This document shows positions 37,251-48,135 of a DNA stretch of 64,000 bases, one piece after another. Below the pieces are notes generated by a model, which was not told the origin of the DNA, made no database searches, and worked only from the letters and a program-made list of their open reading frames with translations. Each line of letters begins with the position of its first letter. Within the stretch, counting starts at the first letter, position 1. Source of the stretch: Blasia pusilla (taxonomy: Eukaryota); the NCBI GenBank assembly GCA_050084515.1, contig CM114271.1:1426001-1490000 (forward strand), written 5' to 3'. Both the position numbers and the translations under genes were made by a program.

Positions 37251-39558
37251 AAAACCAGGCATCGACTCTCATTCTACACATCATTATAAGATAATTGAAA
37301 TTATTGTATAGAATATAGCCTTACCGAATCGACTCGTTGCGGATCGAGTGGGTACTCGCTTTTTATGATCCATGATTGTGCCGTCCTCCACTTTAGCGAC
37401 CTCTTGACGCACTAGAGGTTGAAGAGCTCGTCCTCGCTCCCTCGATCCAACACCAAGAAGCAGCCCTGTCACTTAGATAGGCGTCGCAAAGGAGAACAAA
37501 AGTGCAATCGGTCATAAGTGAGCGGCAGATTCCACTCAGGTACCTCGTCCGCCGGATTTTCGCCCCAAAGTCGCAACCCCGAGGGCAGATCGGCGATCAA
37601 GAGATCCACCGCAACCTCTTCCACCACTCCATTCACCGTCCAGGCAGCGTGCCCGTTTCATTGGAGCTTCCTTCCCAGCGTTGTCACTTTTTCGATAGCA
37701 GTTGTCGACGCTTGAGAACTGAAGTTGTTCAGCTCATCCAGTAAAGAGGTGAACTGAAGGAGGACGCTTGTCCGGGTCATTGTTTGTCTGTGTCTTCCCA
37801 AGGATGATGGGCTGTATTCTCCTTGGGACAACCCGAGCACCTCTCGCTTCCGCTTCTCTCTAGTCTGGGGACGGCTTGTCGGGGTTTCGATGACCTCGGA
37901 TTCTGGTGGCGTTTTCTTGGCCGAGGACCTGGTCCGACCCTCTCTTCCCGCTCGTCCGGATGATTCCGCCTCTGGCCTCTCATCTTCAGGCTCTCTTTGG
38001 GAAGTCTCGGCCTCTGAATTTTTCCCTCCCCTCGCCTTGCCTTTGAGACCCGCTGTGGATTTGTCTTTGGCTGTCCGGACCTTGGAAGCCAACTCAGTTG
38101 TCTCGTGGGCCTGCTCTTCTGCATCTCCTCCGAAGAAGTCTTCAGGCTGGACAAAATTGGGGATGTCGTCTTGTCCTGAGGCCACTGCATCATGAAGCAC
38201 TCGTAAGTCCTTATCCGCGATGTCTTCAGGGTCGTTGAAGTCGAGCCAAATGGGGCAATTCTCCACCTCCCAATCCGACATGTGCTGACCCATCTCCACG
38301 TCATTCATGGAGAATGTCTCTGCATCCGGCGGCGAAGCCCACAATTTCAAGGCTACCGGCAATTTTCCCCATGTACCTGCGTTCTTACACTGGACGAGGT
38401 ACCTGAATACCATCCGTTGGGCAGATTTTAGTCAAACATTATCGGCCGTCTGCTCCTGTAGATCTCGCTTCTTCTTCGCTTGATCCCGTTTGTTACCCTC
38501 TACTTCTATGTCAAGCTCTGCCTGAGGGAGGACGCAAACCTTGAACATGGTCTTGAATCCAGGGTTCTTGGTTGGCTTGTCCCGGATGTCGTCGAGCCAA
38601 ATCTTGTAATCTCCAGAACTTTCAAGGTTTGCTTCCGGCGGAATGGGCTCTAATCTTCGAGCTCGCTTGCGGACCCGTCAAAGACGGACTTCCCGATTAC
38701 CGCGGGCGTCCCGAAAGGACCATTGGCGTAGCCAATGCGAGATCACTGGATCGGACACACCTGGAGGATGGTGTGCCGCCCTCTTCCGGGCCCTCGAGCC
38801 CGAGATCGATTTTCATCCATCGTATCCTCTGAACTTCGCTAATCCCGGATAACGCAAAATGATGCACGCGATCCAGCGACACTTTCTCCCCAATCCGACC
38901 ATGCGGATCTTCATCCCTCTTCGCGACGCTTGATAATCGCCTTGAGCTCCTTGTAGAACTCCGGACCAAGTTCGGGGTTGAGAATCTTGATGTATCGCTG
39001 CATCTTGCTCGCCGTGTATTTTGTTGCAACAGATCTGGCGGCTTGGATGAATTTGGCGCTCAGACGCAGATACCTTCTCCCCGCTCGGCTCGGTCGGCGC
39101 TTTTCTTGCGGCCTGTATCTTCGACCAACAAAGGATGGTGAATGCCGGTAAGCATCTTGAGAAATAAACTTGTTTGCCCAAGTTTTCTTCTTAATTTGAG
39201 CACCGGAGGGAATGTTACCCACCATCTGATTGACAAGGGCATCTTGCAAAGGGTGCTCAAATTAAGAAGAAAACAAACCTCAAGATACTCATCCTTTGTT
39301 GGTCGAAGATGCGTGAAGAAAAGCACCTTCCTCACGGAGGGAGAAGGTATCTGCGTGATCCTGGATCCAATGGTGGGTAACATTCCCAAGATCCGATACA
39401 ATTCTCAACCCCGAACTTGGTCCAGTTCCAAACTCAACGTCAGAAGAGGGATGAAATTACATTGGGTTCCGCATCCCGTTATCCGGATTAGCGGTTCAGA
39501 GGTCGATCATGAAAATCGCTTCGAGGGTCGGATTCTAAGAGGGCAACCATCCTAAATG

Positions 39559-39950
39559 ATGCAACCGTGAGTCCGCTACGGGTTGCATTCAGATTTGCTA
39601 ATGCAAGGTAAGCAACTCGCCGGACTCGACGGGTTGCCGGCTCGCACGCTTTTTCGGATGTTTTTAAGATTGCAACTCATCGGACTCCGACGATTTGTAT
39701 GATTGAACATATATTTAACTAGTTGTTGGCCCAAAGCAACCCGTCGGACTCCGACGGTTTGCTTTTGGGCCAAAACTAGTTAAATCTATGTTCCATCAAA
39801 CAAGTCGTCGGAGTCCGAAAGTGTCAATCTTAAAAGACATTCGAAACCGTCGATCTAGCAACCCGTCGGAGTCCGAAGAGTTGCTTTCTGCCTAAACAAA
39901 CCTAACCCATTCATCAATCGAGCAACTCGTCGGAGTCCGACGAGTTGCAA
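39559..39950. repeat. Palindrome cluster 2 (7 copies, ~60-bp period, intronic)
   Basis: Copies at ~39561, 39612, 39672, 39736, 39800, 39858 and 39922. Confidence 0.92.
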
Positions 39951-41417
39951 AAGTGTTAAAGATACTTACGTGTTCATGGCATGCATTGCCATCTCCACCG
40001 TCGCCATGTGATGAGGGTATGGGTGAAGGACCCGCCTTGCACGCAGAAATGTGCCTCAATGAGTTGGGGCTCCTCCATAAACTTGGTCCACGCCATGAAC
40101 TTGTGATTTCCATCCCGGATGAAGAAATGCAGATTCCTCATCCGGCTGAATTCCGTGCCCTCAACTTGCTCTTCAAGTCCTGGTCTCGCATCCTCCGAAT
40201 GTGTCGAGATTTTCCAAGTCCTCCTCAGTAACGAGCTTGGGTTCCATGCTCGTCGTGAAGGCTGAACATAGAAGGGAGGAAAATTGTCCACGAGGATCTT
40301 TGTCGCCGCCGATTGTTTTAGCTTTGCGATGTCCTCGTCGGATCAGTATTTGCGGACGTATTCCATTGTCCTTAATGGCGAGTGGAATCCTCGGGCGTTG
40401 TGGCCCTCCATGAGTGCCATCCGCTTTACCACCTGTCGAACCGGGACAAGAGGAATAAGCTACACTGAAATCCCAATGAATTGCAATTCACATAATTAAA
40501 AAACCGAACCTCTCTTACCCGCTTGAAAATGGAGTCGGTTTCTTGACCAGCTAACTTGTATGCGAGACAGGGGTGGCAAATCGATCGGGAACTCGTCGAT
40601 CCGATAGAGGTCGATGTCCTCCGCCGGGCTTGGAGTCGAATGACCTCTCTCCGGCTTCTTCCGCCATGTCCACCATCTCCACACGTTGGCGGTCCTCATG
40701 ACCTCGTCGTCATCAAGTTGAACAGTGTTGTTTCCACTATGTTGATTGTGTCCCGGACCGTGGGGACATTTCCGCATCTCAACACTTGTGGTTGGACGGG
40801 CTGGGCTATCGTCAATGGCTATCTCTTTTTCCCGCCTCGCTTTAGCCAATTCCGCCCTCCTCAACGACGCGTCCAGACGCTTCTTTTCTCTCTTTTCGTC
40901 AGCGATCCTTTTCTTCAAGGCCTGCGACGTCTCGGCCTCTTCGTTCTGTTTATCTAGCGCCGCTTGATTAAGTCTCGCCAGAAGCACTTGGTTGTGCATC
41001 TCCGCTTCCCTTTCCCGCTCCTCGATTTCCTGCTGCCTAATTTCATTCGCCAAACGAGGCGCAGGAGAAGCTGACGCAGGAGTTATAATGGACTTGGGAG
41101 TGAAGCTCCCGGACTTGTTGGCTTGTGTTTTTTTCCTCATCATTTTTGCCGGAAATGCCTCCGCCTATGTCCACGACGAATCCCTTGATCAGTCGCCTTG
41201 CTGATGTCGAGATGGGAGCTCGTCTCGCCTTGGTGGTTAGCTCGAATCGTCCCGATATCGCTCGGTCAAACCGTCTCGCTCTCGTTCCGTCCTATCGACT
41301 CGCAATGTGTCGCCGTGTGAAATGCTCCTTCGTATCTGATCAGTTGCTGCGCGGGAGAGTGAGGAGTGAGGAATGAAGATCGTGAAATGAGAAACCGGAA
41401 ATGAGCGACTTCTGCCC

Positions 41418-41425
41418 TATTTATA
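41418..41425 (-). promoter_or_regulatory. Candidate TATA box of the ParB/MTase-like gene
   Basis: TATAAATA on the minus strand, ~275 bp upstream of the ATG at 41143. Confidence 0.5.
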
Positions 41426-41509
41426 CTTTTCTAGCCGTTGGGCTGACCGTTGGGTCCCGTCGTCCTTTCGACGGCGACGTGCCGAATCTTACGGAAGTCC
41501 GGACGTGAA

Positions 41510-42185
41510 AAATCGCAACCCGTCGGAGTCCGACAAGTTGCGCGGCTCCGCCATCCTGGGTACGTCGCCACGTGCGCGAGCAACCCGTCGGAGCCCGACG
41601 GGTTGAGCGCCTCCGTCGTCTTCGGAAAAGAACGCGAGGTACCCGCGCAACCCGTCGGAGACCGACATGTTGCGTGCCTCCGCCAACGGCGTCGCCGCCG
41701 TCGCTTGAGCACCCGTCGGAGACCGACGGGTTGAGCGCCTCCGTCGTCTTCGGAAAACAACGCGAGGTACCCGCGCAAGCCGTCGGAGACCGACATGTTG
41801 CGCGCCTCCGCCGTGTTTGGGACGGGAACGGGACGTATTTTGGGCAATCCGTCGGAGACTGTTGGGTTGCATGCTTCCCTTATCAAGGGTTAGGAACGAT
41901 GGCTTCCCGTGCAAGTCGTCGGAGTCTGGCTGGCTGCACCACAAGGCGACGCCCTTGCGCAACCCGTTGGACGGCGACGGGTTGCACGCCTCGCCGGGAA
42001 CAGACGGTTTGCACGCCTCCGGCATCTTCGAGCAAGAAGGAGCGGTATCCCAGCAAGTCGTCGGAGAGCGACGGGTTGCTCGCTTCGACAATGTTTAGCA
42101 GAAGCGTGCAACCCGTCCGATGCCGACGGGTTTGCAAGCCGTAAGCCGGGTAATTTCGAGTTACCAAGACTCCGACGGGTTCCAA
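41510..42185. repeat. Palindrome cluster 3 (about 12 copies) in the divergent promoter, including a ~129-bp tandem duplication
   Basis: Copies at ~41515, 41580, 41647, 41709, 41775, 41844, 41911, 41959, 41986, 42053, 42108 and 42168. Confidence 0.92.
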
Positions 42186-42323
42186 GTGATGCGCAACCCT
42201 CGCTTCCCAAACGGGAACATATTGCAACACAATTGAATGTGTTCTGGTGGATCCATTGTGTCGACAATCTCCCCACCGAATTCATCTTGTCAAAAAATCA
42301 TCAGAGTATCATTTCCTATTCAC

Positions 42324-42330
42324 TATAAAT
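42324..42330 (+). promoter_or_regulatory. Candidate TATA box of the MULE transposase
   Basis: TATAAAT just downstream of palindrome cluster 3 and upstream of the transposase frames. Confidence 0.4.
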
Positions 42331-42544
42331 TAAATATTCTCATTCTCATTCTCGTCTCCTCCGTAGGAATCTTCTTGGAATGGATAATTATGTTAAGCTC
42401 ACTTGTGGGAGTCATCCGCGGCCCTTCCTCAATCAAAATCATTCGACCCCAAGCTCGTGAGTCTTTCGTAGTAGTGGATGAAAATTTTTCATCATTCGAT
42501 TTCTTCTTCAAATTGGAACCATCTTTGTATCCAAAGATGTTAGG

Positions 42545-45500
42545 GTGGAAGGTACGGAAGACATAATAGGTGAGACGATCCAGCCTGTGACCTCGCACCG
42601 TAAAGTATGGAATCTCCTACCATGCCGCAAATGGTCAATACAGAGTTTATGGCCTGCCCTTGAATTCGTCTGTTTCCCAAGTAGCGGTCTAGAATTTCCT
42701 AGTGCTCCGAGCTCACGTTTGCAACTCCAAGCTCTGCAGATCCGGCCGACTCCAACCGACGCTCAGAACAATGTTGTTCTTCCCTGAAGAGATTACGGAT
42801 GTTATCAACCTCGGCGGATCGTCGGACACCAATCGGGCCTGTGTCCGCCTACGTTCCTCTTGCGAGTATCGGCAATAGTTTGCTTTCGTCTCGCCCTTGA
42901 AAATGTTCAAGCATATTCTTGTCGACGAGTTGCCGCCCACGCACGATGGTAATCGCATTTTTGAGTTGCCTCCACTTGCCGCTCTGCTCAAAAGAAGGAT
43001 GGAGGGCGCTGAAGGGTATGGGAGAAAGTCGATTGTCATCGATGGTGCAGCTTCAACGGACGGTGCTTCCATCCGAGATGGTCCTTGGATTGTCTCCCCC
43101 GCCGCCAATGCGTGGGAGCCTTGGAGTGTAGAAGTCCAACATGCCCGTATCTAGAGCGCAACGGGCGAGTCAATACGCCGTAATTCCCCCAAGAATGCAG
43201 AAACTCCATACGAGGTGGGTGCCACAATACCGCCGGGAGGCCATCGATGTCCTCATTGTCGCATCGCCTTCGCGTTGGAGCGTGTCCTGCATACATATTT
43301 TCATTGTCCATGACTTGGGCTCCACGCCGGTGAATACAAGGTCGGGCAGTTCATGTTGGCTCCCACACTCATCCCTGTGACCGATGCAATTCAAAGACAC
43401 ATCAAGGAGGATGTGGCAAAGAAAGTAGCCGAGGTCTTCAGAAACTCTCCGGGTTCAAAGCCCGGGGTGATCAAGCTCACAACGGCATCACAAATTTGTG
43501 AACAATTTCTTGGAATTCCTGGACAGGGCGAGATCACGGCGGTTGAGGAGAAACAACTCTGGGAAAATCTCGCATTTCTCGCTGATCATGAATGCTTCAG
43601 GAATTTGCTGCGTGAGATACGAGTTCTGGATGGAAAGACGGCCGAAATGGATGCCATCGCCAGAATCAAGGCCAACTCCAGGTTTCCATTCATTCAGAGA
43701 TGGTAGTTCATGGGCCAAGGAGGCGAGGGATCCAGGGCCTATGTCTTCAAAATGTCAACCACAGGTCCGTCGAGTGGCCTCGATCTTATAGATCGAATGA
43801 GGGAAGGGGAAGATCTTTACGGGAGTTGGGTCAGCTTTGATATTTGCTACAGAGTGCTGAACGGATGGTTGACAATGGGTGCTCACGTTTATGACCATGT
43901 GGAGAAGGGACTCAAAACTATATTTGTGTGTGAAGTAAAGGCAAAAGATGTTGGCAGTTTGAAGATGTGCTGGTTACTCTTATTGGAGGTGGTGAAGGAA
44001 AACAAAAGGCCACCTCCGGAAATTTATGGGTTCATGGCGGACAATGCACAACCTGGGTGGATTGCTATCCGGGAAGTGTTCTGGGGTGGAGAGGTTCAAC
44101 TTGAGAGGGAAAGGTCGGATGCTTTCCATTGGCAACAGTCTGTGACCCGGTACACCAAATCTTGCCATCAAGGAGAATAAGAGGACGGAGCATGTCACTC
44201 TACTCCAACGCTGCAAGGACAAAAAACCTTGAAGCGAGGCCATGGACCGCCAGAAGAACTTCATGGGTGGTGGAGGAAGCATGCGATTGAGGGGAAGTAC
44301 AAAGAGTTGTGCTCTTGGTTGAGTTGGTGGACTGTACGTATGAGACAATGGGGAAACTTCATGCGGTAGGTGAGTTCACTATTTTGTCTTGTCAAGCTCA
44401 CGCTGAGAATTGTTTGTAAAGTTGTAGCTCAGGGTGAGAAGTGTGGGAATTATATGGATTTCAAACCCAAGAGACCAAGCAAAGTTTGATGCGACGGGTT
44501 GCCCGAGGTTGCCCGAAACCGACGGGTTGCCGAGTGTGCAACCCGACGGAAATTGACGGGTTGCATCCACATGTTTGGTGTCATCTCGGTGTGCAACCAT
44601 TCGGGACCCAACGGGTCATAGAGTCGTTCATGGGATGCTCGCCTTGCAACCCATCGGGTTCTAAGGAGTTGCGTGAGGTGGGTTTAAGGTTACAACACGC
44701 CGGGACCGACGGGTCGAGAGTCGTTCATGGGATGCTCGGGCCGCAACCCGCCTGGTTCCGGCAGTGGCTTATTTCTTTGACTCTTGGGTTATTTTCGTTC
44801 CCTTCTAACATTGCCGCTGCAGTGGATTGAACGTTCATGAAAATGCCCTCTGCCCCAACACAAGTGGAGCAGAAAGTGTTCATTCCTCTTGGAGGTCGTC
44901 ACAAGCATGCCAACGAATTTCACTTGTGGAGGCATGCCAACAAGACCAGGCAAGAGCAATGCTGATCTGCCTGCAAAGATCCCATATCTTTCTCACAAAA
45001 GGCATAACAAAAAAAAAAAAAAAGGGCCGTCGATCTACGAGCTCTATGTTAGGGCGGCTGTGAGATCTGGTGATGAAAAATTGTATGTCGAAGCCTTCAA
45101 CCGGTGCGTAGCTGGAACTCCACTCGAGCAAGACGTACACATAGGTGGGGATATTCGTGGGCGGGTTTCAAGACGTCCCATACAGATGGTGGTAGAGCAA
45201 TTAAGACTTATCGAACGAGACTCGTGGAGACCAGATAAGTATCTTGACTTCAGGCAGGTGAAGAGGCAGATCGAGGAACAAATCCGGTGATTGATTTGGA
45301 TGAGGAAATTACACCGCCCAGGTATTCGGGGACCCCGGACCCGTCCCAAATCCGTGATGGAGTTACTTCTCCAAAATCAGTGAATGTTTTATTTCAAAAG
45401 CCCTCCGTTGCTGGAAGTTCGCAACATCCCGCATCCACCGGGTGGTTCAACAATATGGGATTCGGTAATGGAGGTGGATTGCAACCTAAAACGGTGGCAT

Positions 45501-46340
45501 ATATCTTGGAGCAACCTAGGACGTGGACCCACTGCGGGCAGGCAGGATCTGATGGCATTAGGAGAGCATGCGGCACTTTCCTAAATAAGAATCTGCACAA
45601 GGATCGACGACCACCGCTCGGGTTTTGGGGACTCAAAACCTTTGATCGTTTCACGAGGACCGGGGATCAATTGAAGTACTTCTTCTGCCCAAATGAATCT
45701 TGCCCTTTCCGGAAGTCTTATCCGGCTGCCATTGGAGGTCCCGGGAATACCCCCACGATTTGGCCCATCGCCGCAGGCACAAACTGCACTCAAGACGAAG
45801 TGGACAATCTTACAAGTGCCGGTTTCGCACTCAGAGACGGGGAAGTTCGAGCATGTTCAGCATTTAGAGACCTTTGCATTTCGTATTCAACCCAAGATTG
45901 ATGTCAACATGTACCCGGAGAAGGTGGATGATCTCAATCCATTATTTTTTTTTGAGTCTAGAAATGGGGTGAAGAGAAACAGAATGTGTAGGCCAACGGT
46001 GGAGAGAGCAAAACAAATTGCAACAGCTCGGGAGGCAAAAATGGAGATCATCGCCACGAAAGATGTCCTGAGTGGCAATGGAATAGGAAGGATGTATTGG
46101 GTCACGAACAACACTGTAAATTCAAGTGTCACAGGGGTGTATGTGGTGCACATCTGTTGCTTTCCCACATGTTCATGTGATGACTTTGTCCAAAGAGAGA
46201 CAAGTGGCAAAAGGTATTTCCCTTGTAAGCACATGTACTATGTGTTCTTTGGTAGTTTTAAGAGAGTCGAGGTAGGAGTAGGAATCCACCAACCAGTGTC
46301 CCTCAAAGAAGTTCAAAGTATTTTAAACAAACCACTTTGA
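42545..46340 (+). pseudogene. MULE DDE transposase with C-terminal SWIM finger; frameshifted
   Basis: SWVSFDICYRV, GFMADNAQPGW, DAFHWQQSV, WLSWW, TSGAESVHSSW and SWIM CSCDDF..PCKHMYYVF. Intron 44370 (GTGAGT) to 44822 (TGCAG). Start position approximate. Confidence 0.85.
44490..44770. repeat. Palindrome cluster 4 (about 6-7 degenerate copies) in the transposase intron
   Basis: CGACGGGTTGC, GCAACCCGACGGAAATTGACGGGTTGC and related variants between donor 44370 and acceptor 44822. Confidence 0.8.
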
Positions 46341-46741
46341 GGATGCAAAATGAAGTTTAAGATTGTACTTTTATTTTTTTCTCAACCTTCACTTTGTGAG
46401 CTTGAACTCTATTCAGCCGCGGCAAATGATAGATTTTTTCCAGACCTTGGATGGAAAAAGTGATTGGTTCCACACTTATGATTCCACTGATTTCTCTGTT
46501 TTGTAAATTTTGTGCAATTTGCAACTTTCTTCGGACTCAAAGGGTTGCCAAAATATGGAAGAAAAAAAAAATGTGGGATTGTTTAATAAATGAACAAAAA
46601 GTGCAAAAAAATCACACAAAAAGTTTCCTCTCTTCAACCCAACGGAAACTCTCTTCAAAAAAAAGTATCTATTTCGGTTGAAGGTAGTTTCCTCTCTCCT
46701 CTCTCCTCTCTTCCTCTCTTCCTCTCCTCTTACCGCACCTC

Positions 46742-47090
46742 CTCTCCTCTTGTCAACTTAGGGCCCATATCTGGCTCCCAAGTCTCCATCGTGACTACAG
46801 TAGGACTCTTCGGCGCGGATATCGGTGGTTGCTATGGTGCAACCGCGTCTCAAACAACAACACTTGGCCGCTCTCCTCCAGCCAACTGCAAACTTAGATC
46901 TCCTCCATGTGCAGTGCCCGGAACCACGCTCGATGTTGTGGCTATCATCTCCTAGCGTACCTGCAAAACATCCCAAGAAGTCCAAGGGTATCTCTCTTGA
47001 TCTCCCCTATTGTGTAGATCTCCTCGGGTCTCACCCCCAGCCACTGCCTCCGCCATGTTGCACTCAATGTTCTCGGCGGTCCTAAAAACA
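46742..47090 (-). mobile_element. Upstream remainder of Gypsy copy B (pre-RT linker)
   Basis: VVTMETWEPDMGPKLT matches EVTMETWERVIGLMLT in copy A (~25945-25992). Confidence 0.8.
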
Positions 47091-47114
47091 TCTCTCAATG
47101 TAGGGGAGGTGTTC

Positions 47115-48135
47115 TATAGTAAAGGATTTCTATCAAGAGTTTAACAAGAAGTATCAATTGATCTGAATTCGTTCCCTTTAAGAATAGGATCTGGATTAGA
47201 AATTACATTTAAAGATTTTGAGTTGATTCTGTGTAGTCTATGCATCAACAAAGCATAAGGTGGATTTAACAGTAGCACCAGACGTGTACAACTGAACAGG
47301 ATTTTAACTATAAGGAGGTGAACTCCTCCTAAAACAGAATTAAATCGAAGGGAATGTCAAATTCTAGAGACATGGTAGTACATAAGTATTTTCGACACGA
47401 AAAAGAGACTGCGGTGAGACATATGATCTCCCTCTGCCAAACTCATTCGAAACAGAGATGTGTGGAGAAATGATTCTCAATTAATACGTCGGCTCTTTAC
47501 TTTTGCTTGAAGATACTGTTGTCATTCTCCAACTCCATCCTCAAAGCCATCAATAACAAGTGAGACTGATTCGGGGGTTCAAAGAGAAATAATTCTTCAT
47601 TCCAAGAAGAGCAACTACTGTTGATTCGATGGAATGGGTCAGTTTCGTTCTTCAATGGCCGATCTCTAAGGGCGAGAGTCTTCTGTCACAAGAGCTACTC
47701 TTCCTGGTAAGTATCTGACTATGAAAATGGAAAAAAGACCCTTCTTCGACTCCCGGCCTATGGTTCAAGGGGTCGAAAGCTTACATTCCTAACTGTAATT
47801 ATGTTTAACTTCTTCCTAAAGCTACCAACCGTTCAACTCCTGCAGTGTTCATCGAATCAATATCTTCACTAAAAACTGTCACGTAACTGTCAAAATTGTG
47901 AACTCGTGGAAAGGCAAACTCGTGATCCCTTGAGCTCAGAATTAATTCCCAATGATTTAAGTGGGCTAATAACTGAACGTTCCTAGTTTCAAATAGATTC
48001 CAATTTATTCTTATTTCCTAATATGTATTCCCTATTCCTAAATCTAAGTGGAATATTCTTAACTAAGGGAATTATTGCCTAGATGTATCTAAAATCGTCT
48101 AAAATCTCTACAACTTAAGAAAGGTGCATATCACA
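47115..48135 (-). repeat. 3' LTR (1021 bp)
   Basis: Starts TGTGATATGC at 48135 on the minus strand after the PPT (48138-48148). Near-identical to 57369-58370. Confidence 0.93.

Larger units (their letters stand above)
36300..41143 (-). pseudogene. MULE cargo gene: coiled-coil N-terminus, ParB/Srx-like domain, acidic linker, beta-class N4C/N6A DNA-methyltransferase-like domain; multi-exon, frameshifted in this assembly
   Basis: FFIRDGNHKFMAW (40126-40088); VDLLIADLPSG (37609-37577); VPEWN; LFSFAxAYLSDxG (with frameshifts); TLIELCSRPGDLVFDL (36622-36575); GASIEA..SGRxIL (with frameshifts). Candidate donors at ~40555, 39969 (GTAAGT) and ~37325 (GTAAGG). The 3' end is approximate. Confidence 0.65.
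34466..46741 (+). mobile_element. 12.3-kb Mutator-like element (MULE) with 9-bp TSD and degenerate TIRs, inserted in Gypsy copy B
   Basis: TSD CTCTCCTCT at 34457-34465 and 46742-46750. Removing the insert restores the in-frame Gypsy sequence MGPKLT-RGE-RRRIHQ. Ends GGGGGCTGGTA and (reverse complement) GAGGTGCGGTA, plus inverted GTAAGAG..GAGAGGAAGAGAGGAAGAGAGGAGAG tracts at ~34492-34526 and ~46691-46733. Confidence 0.92.

Noticed and set aside
41510-42185. CRISPR-like array of palindromic repeats with spacers
   Set aside because: Repeats are degenerate, spacers are themselves duplicated (~129-bp unit), there are no cas genes, and the context is an intron-containing eukaryotic transposon.
41431-42328. 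Several long overlapping ORFs on both strands
   Set aside because: GC-rich palindromic repeats lack stop codons in many frames; the region lies between two TATA-like boxes.
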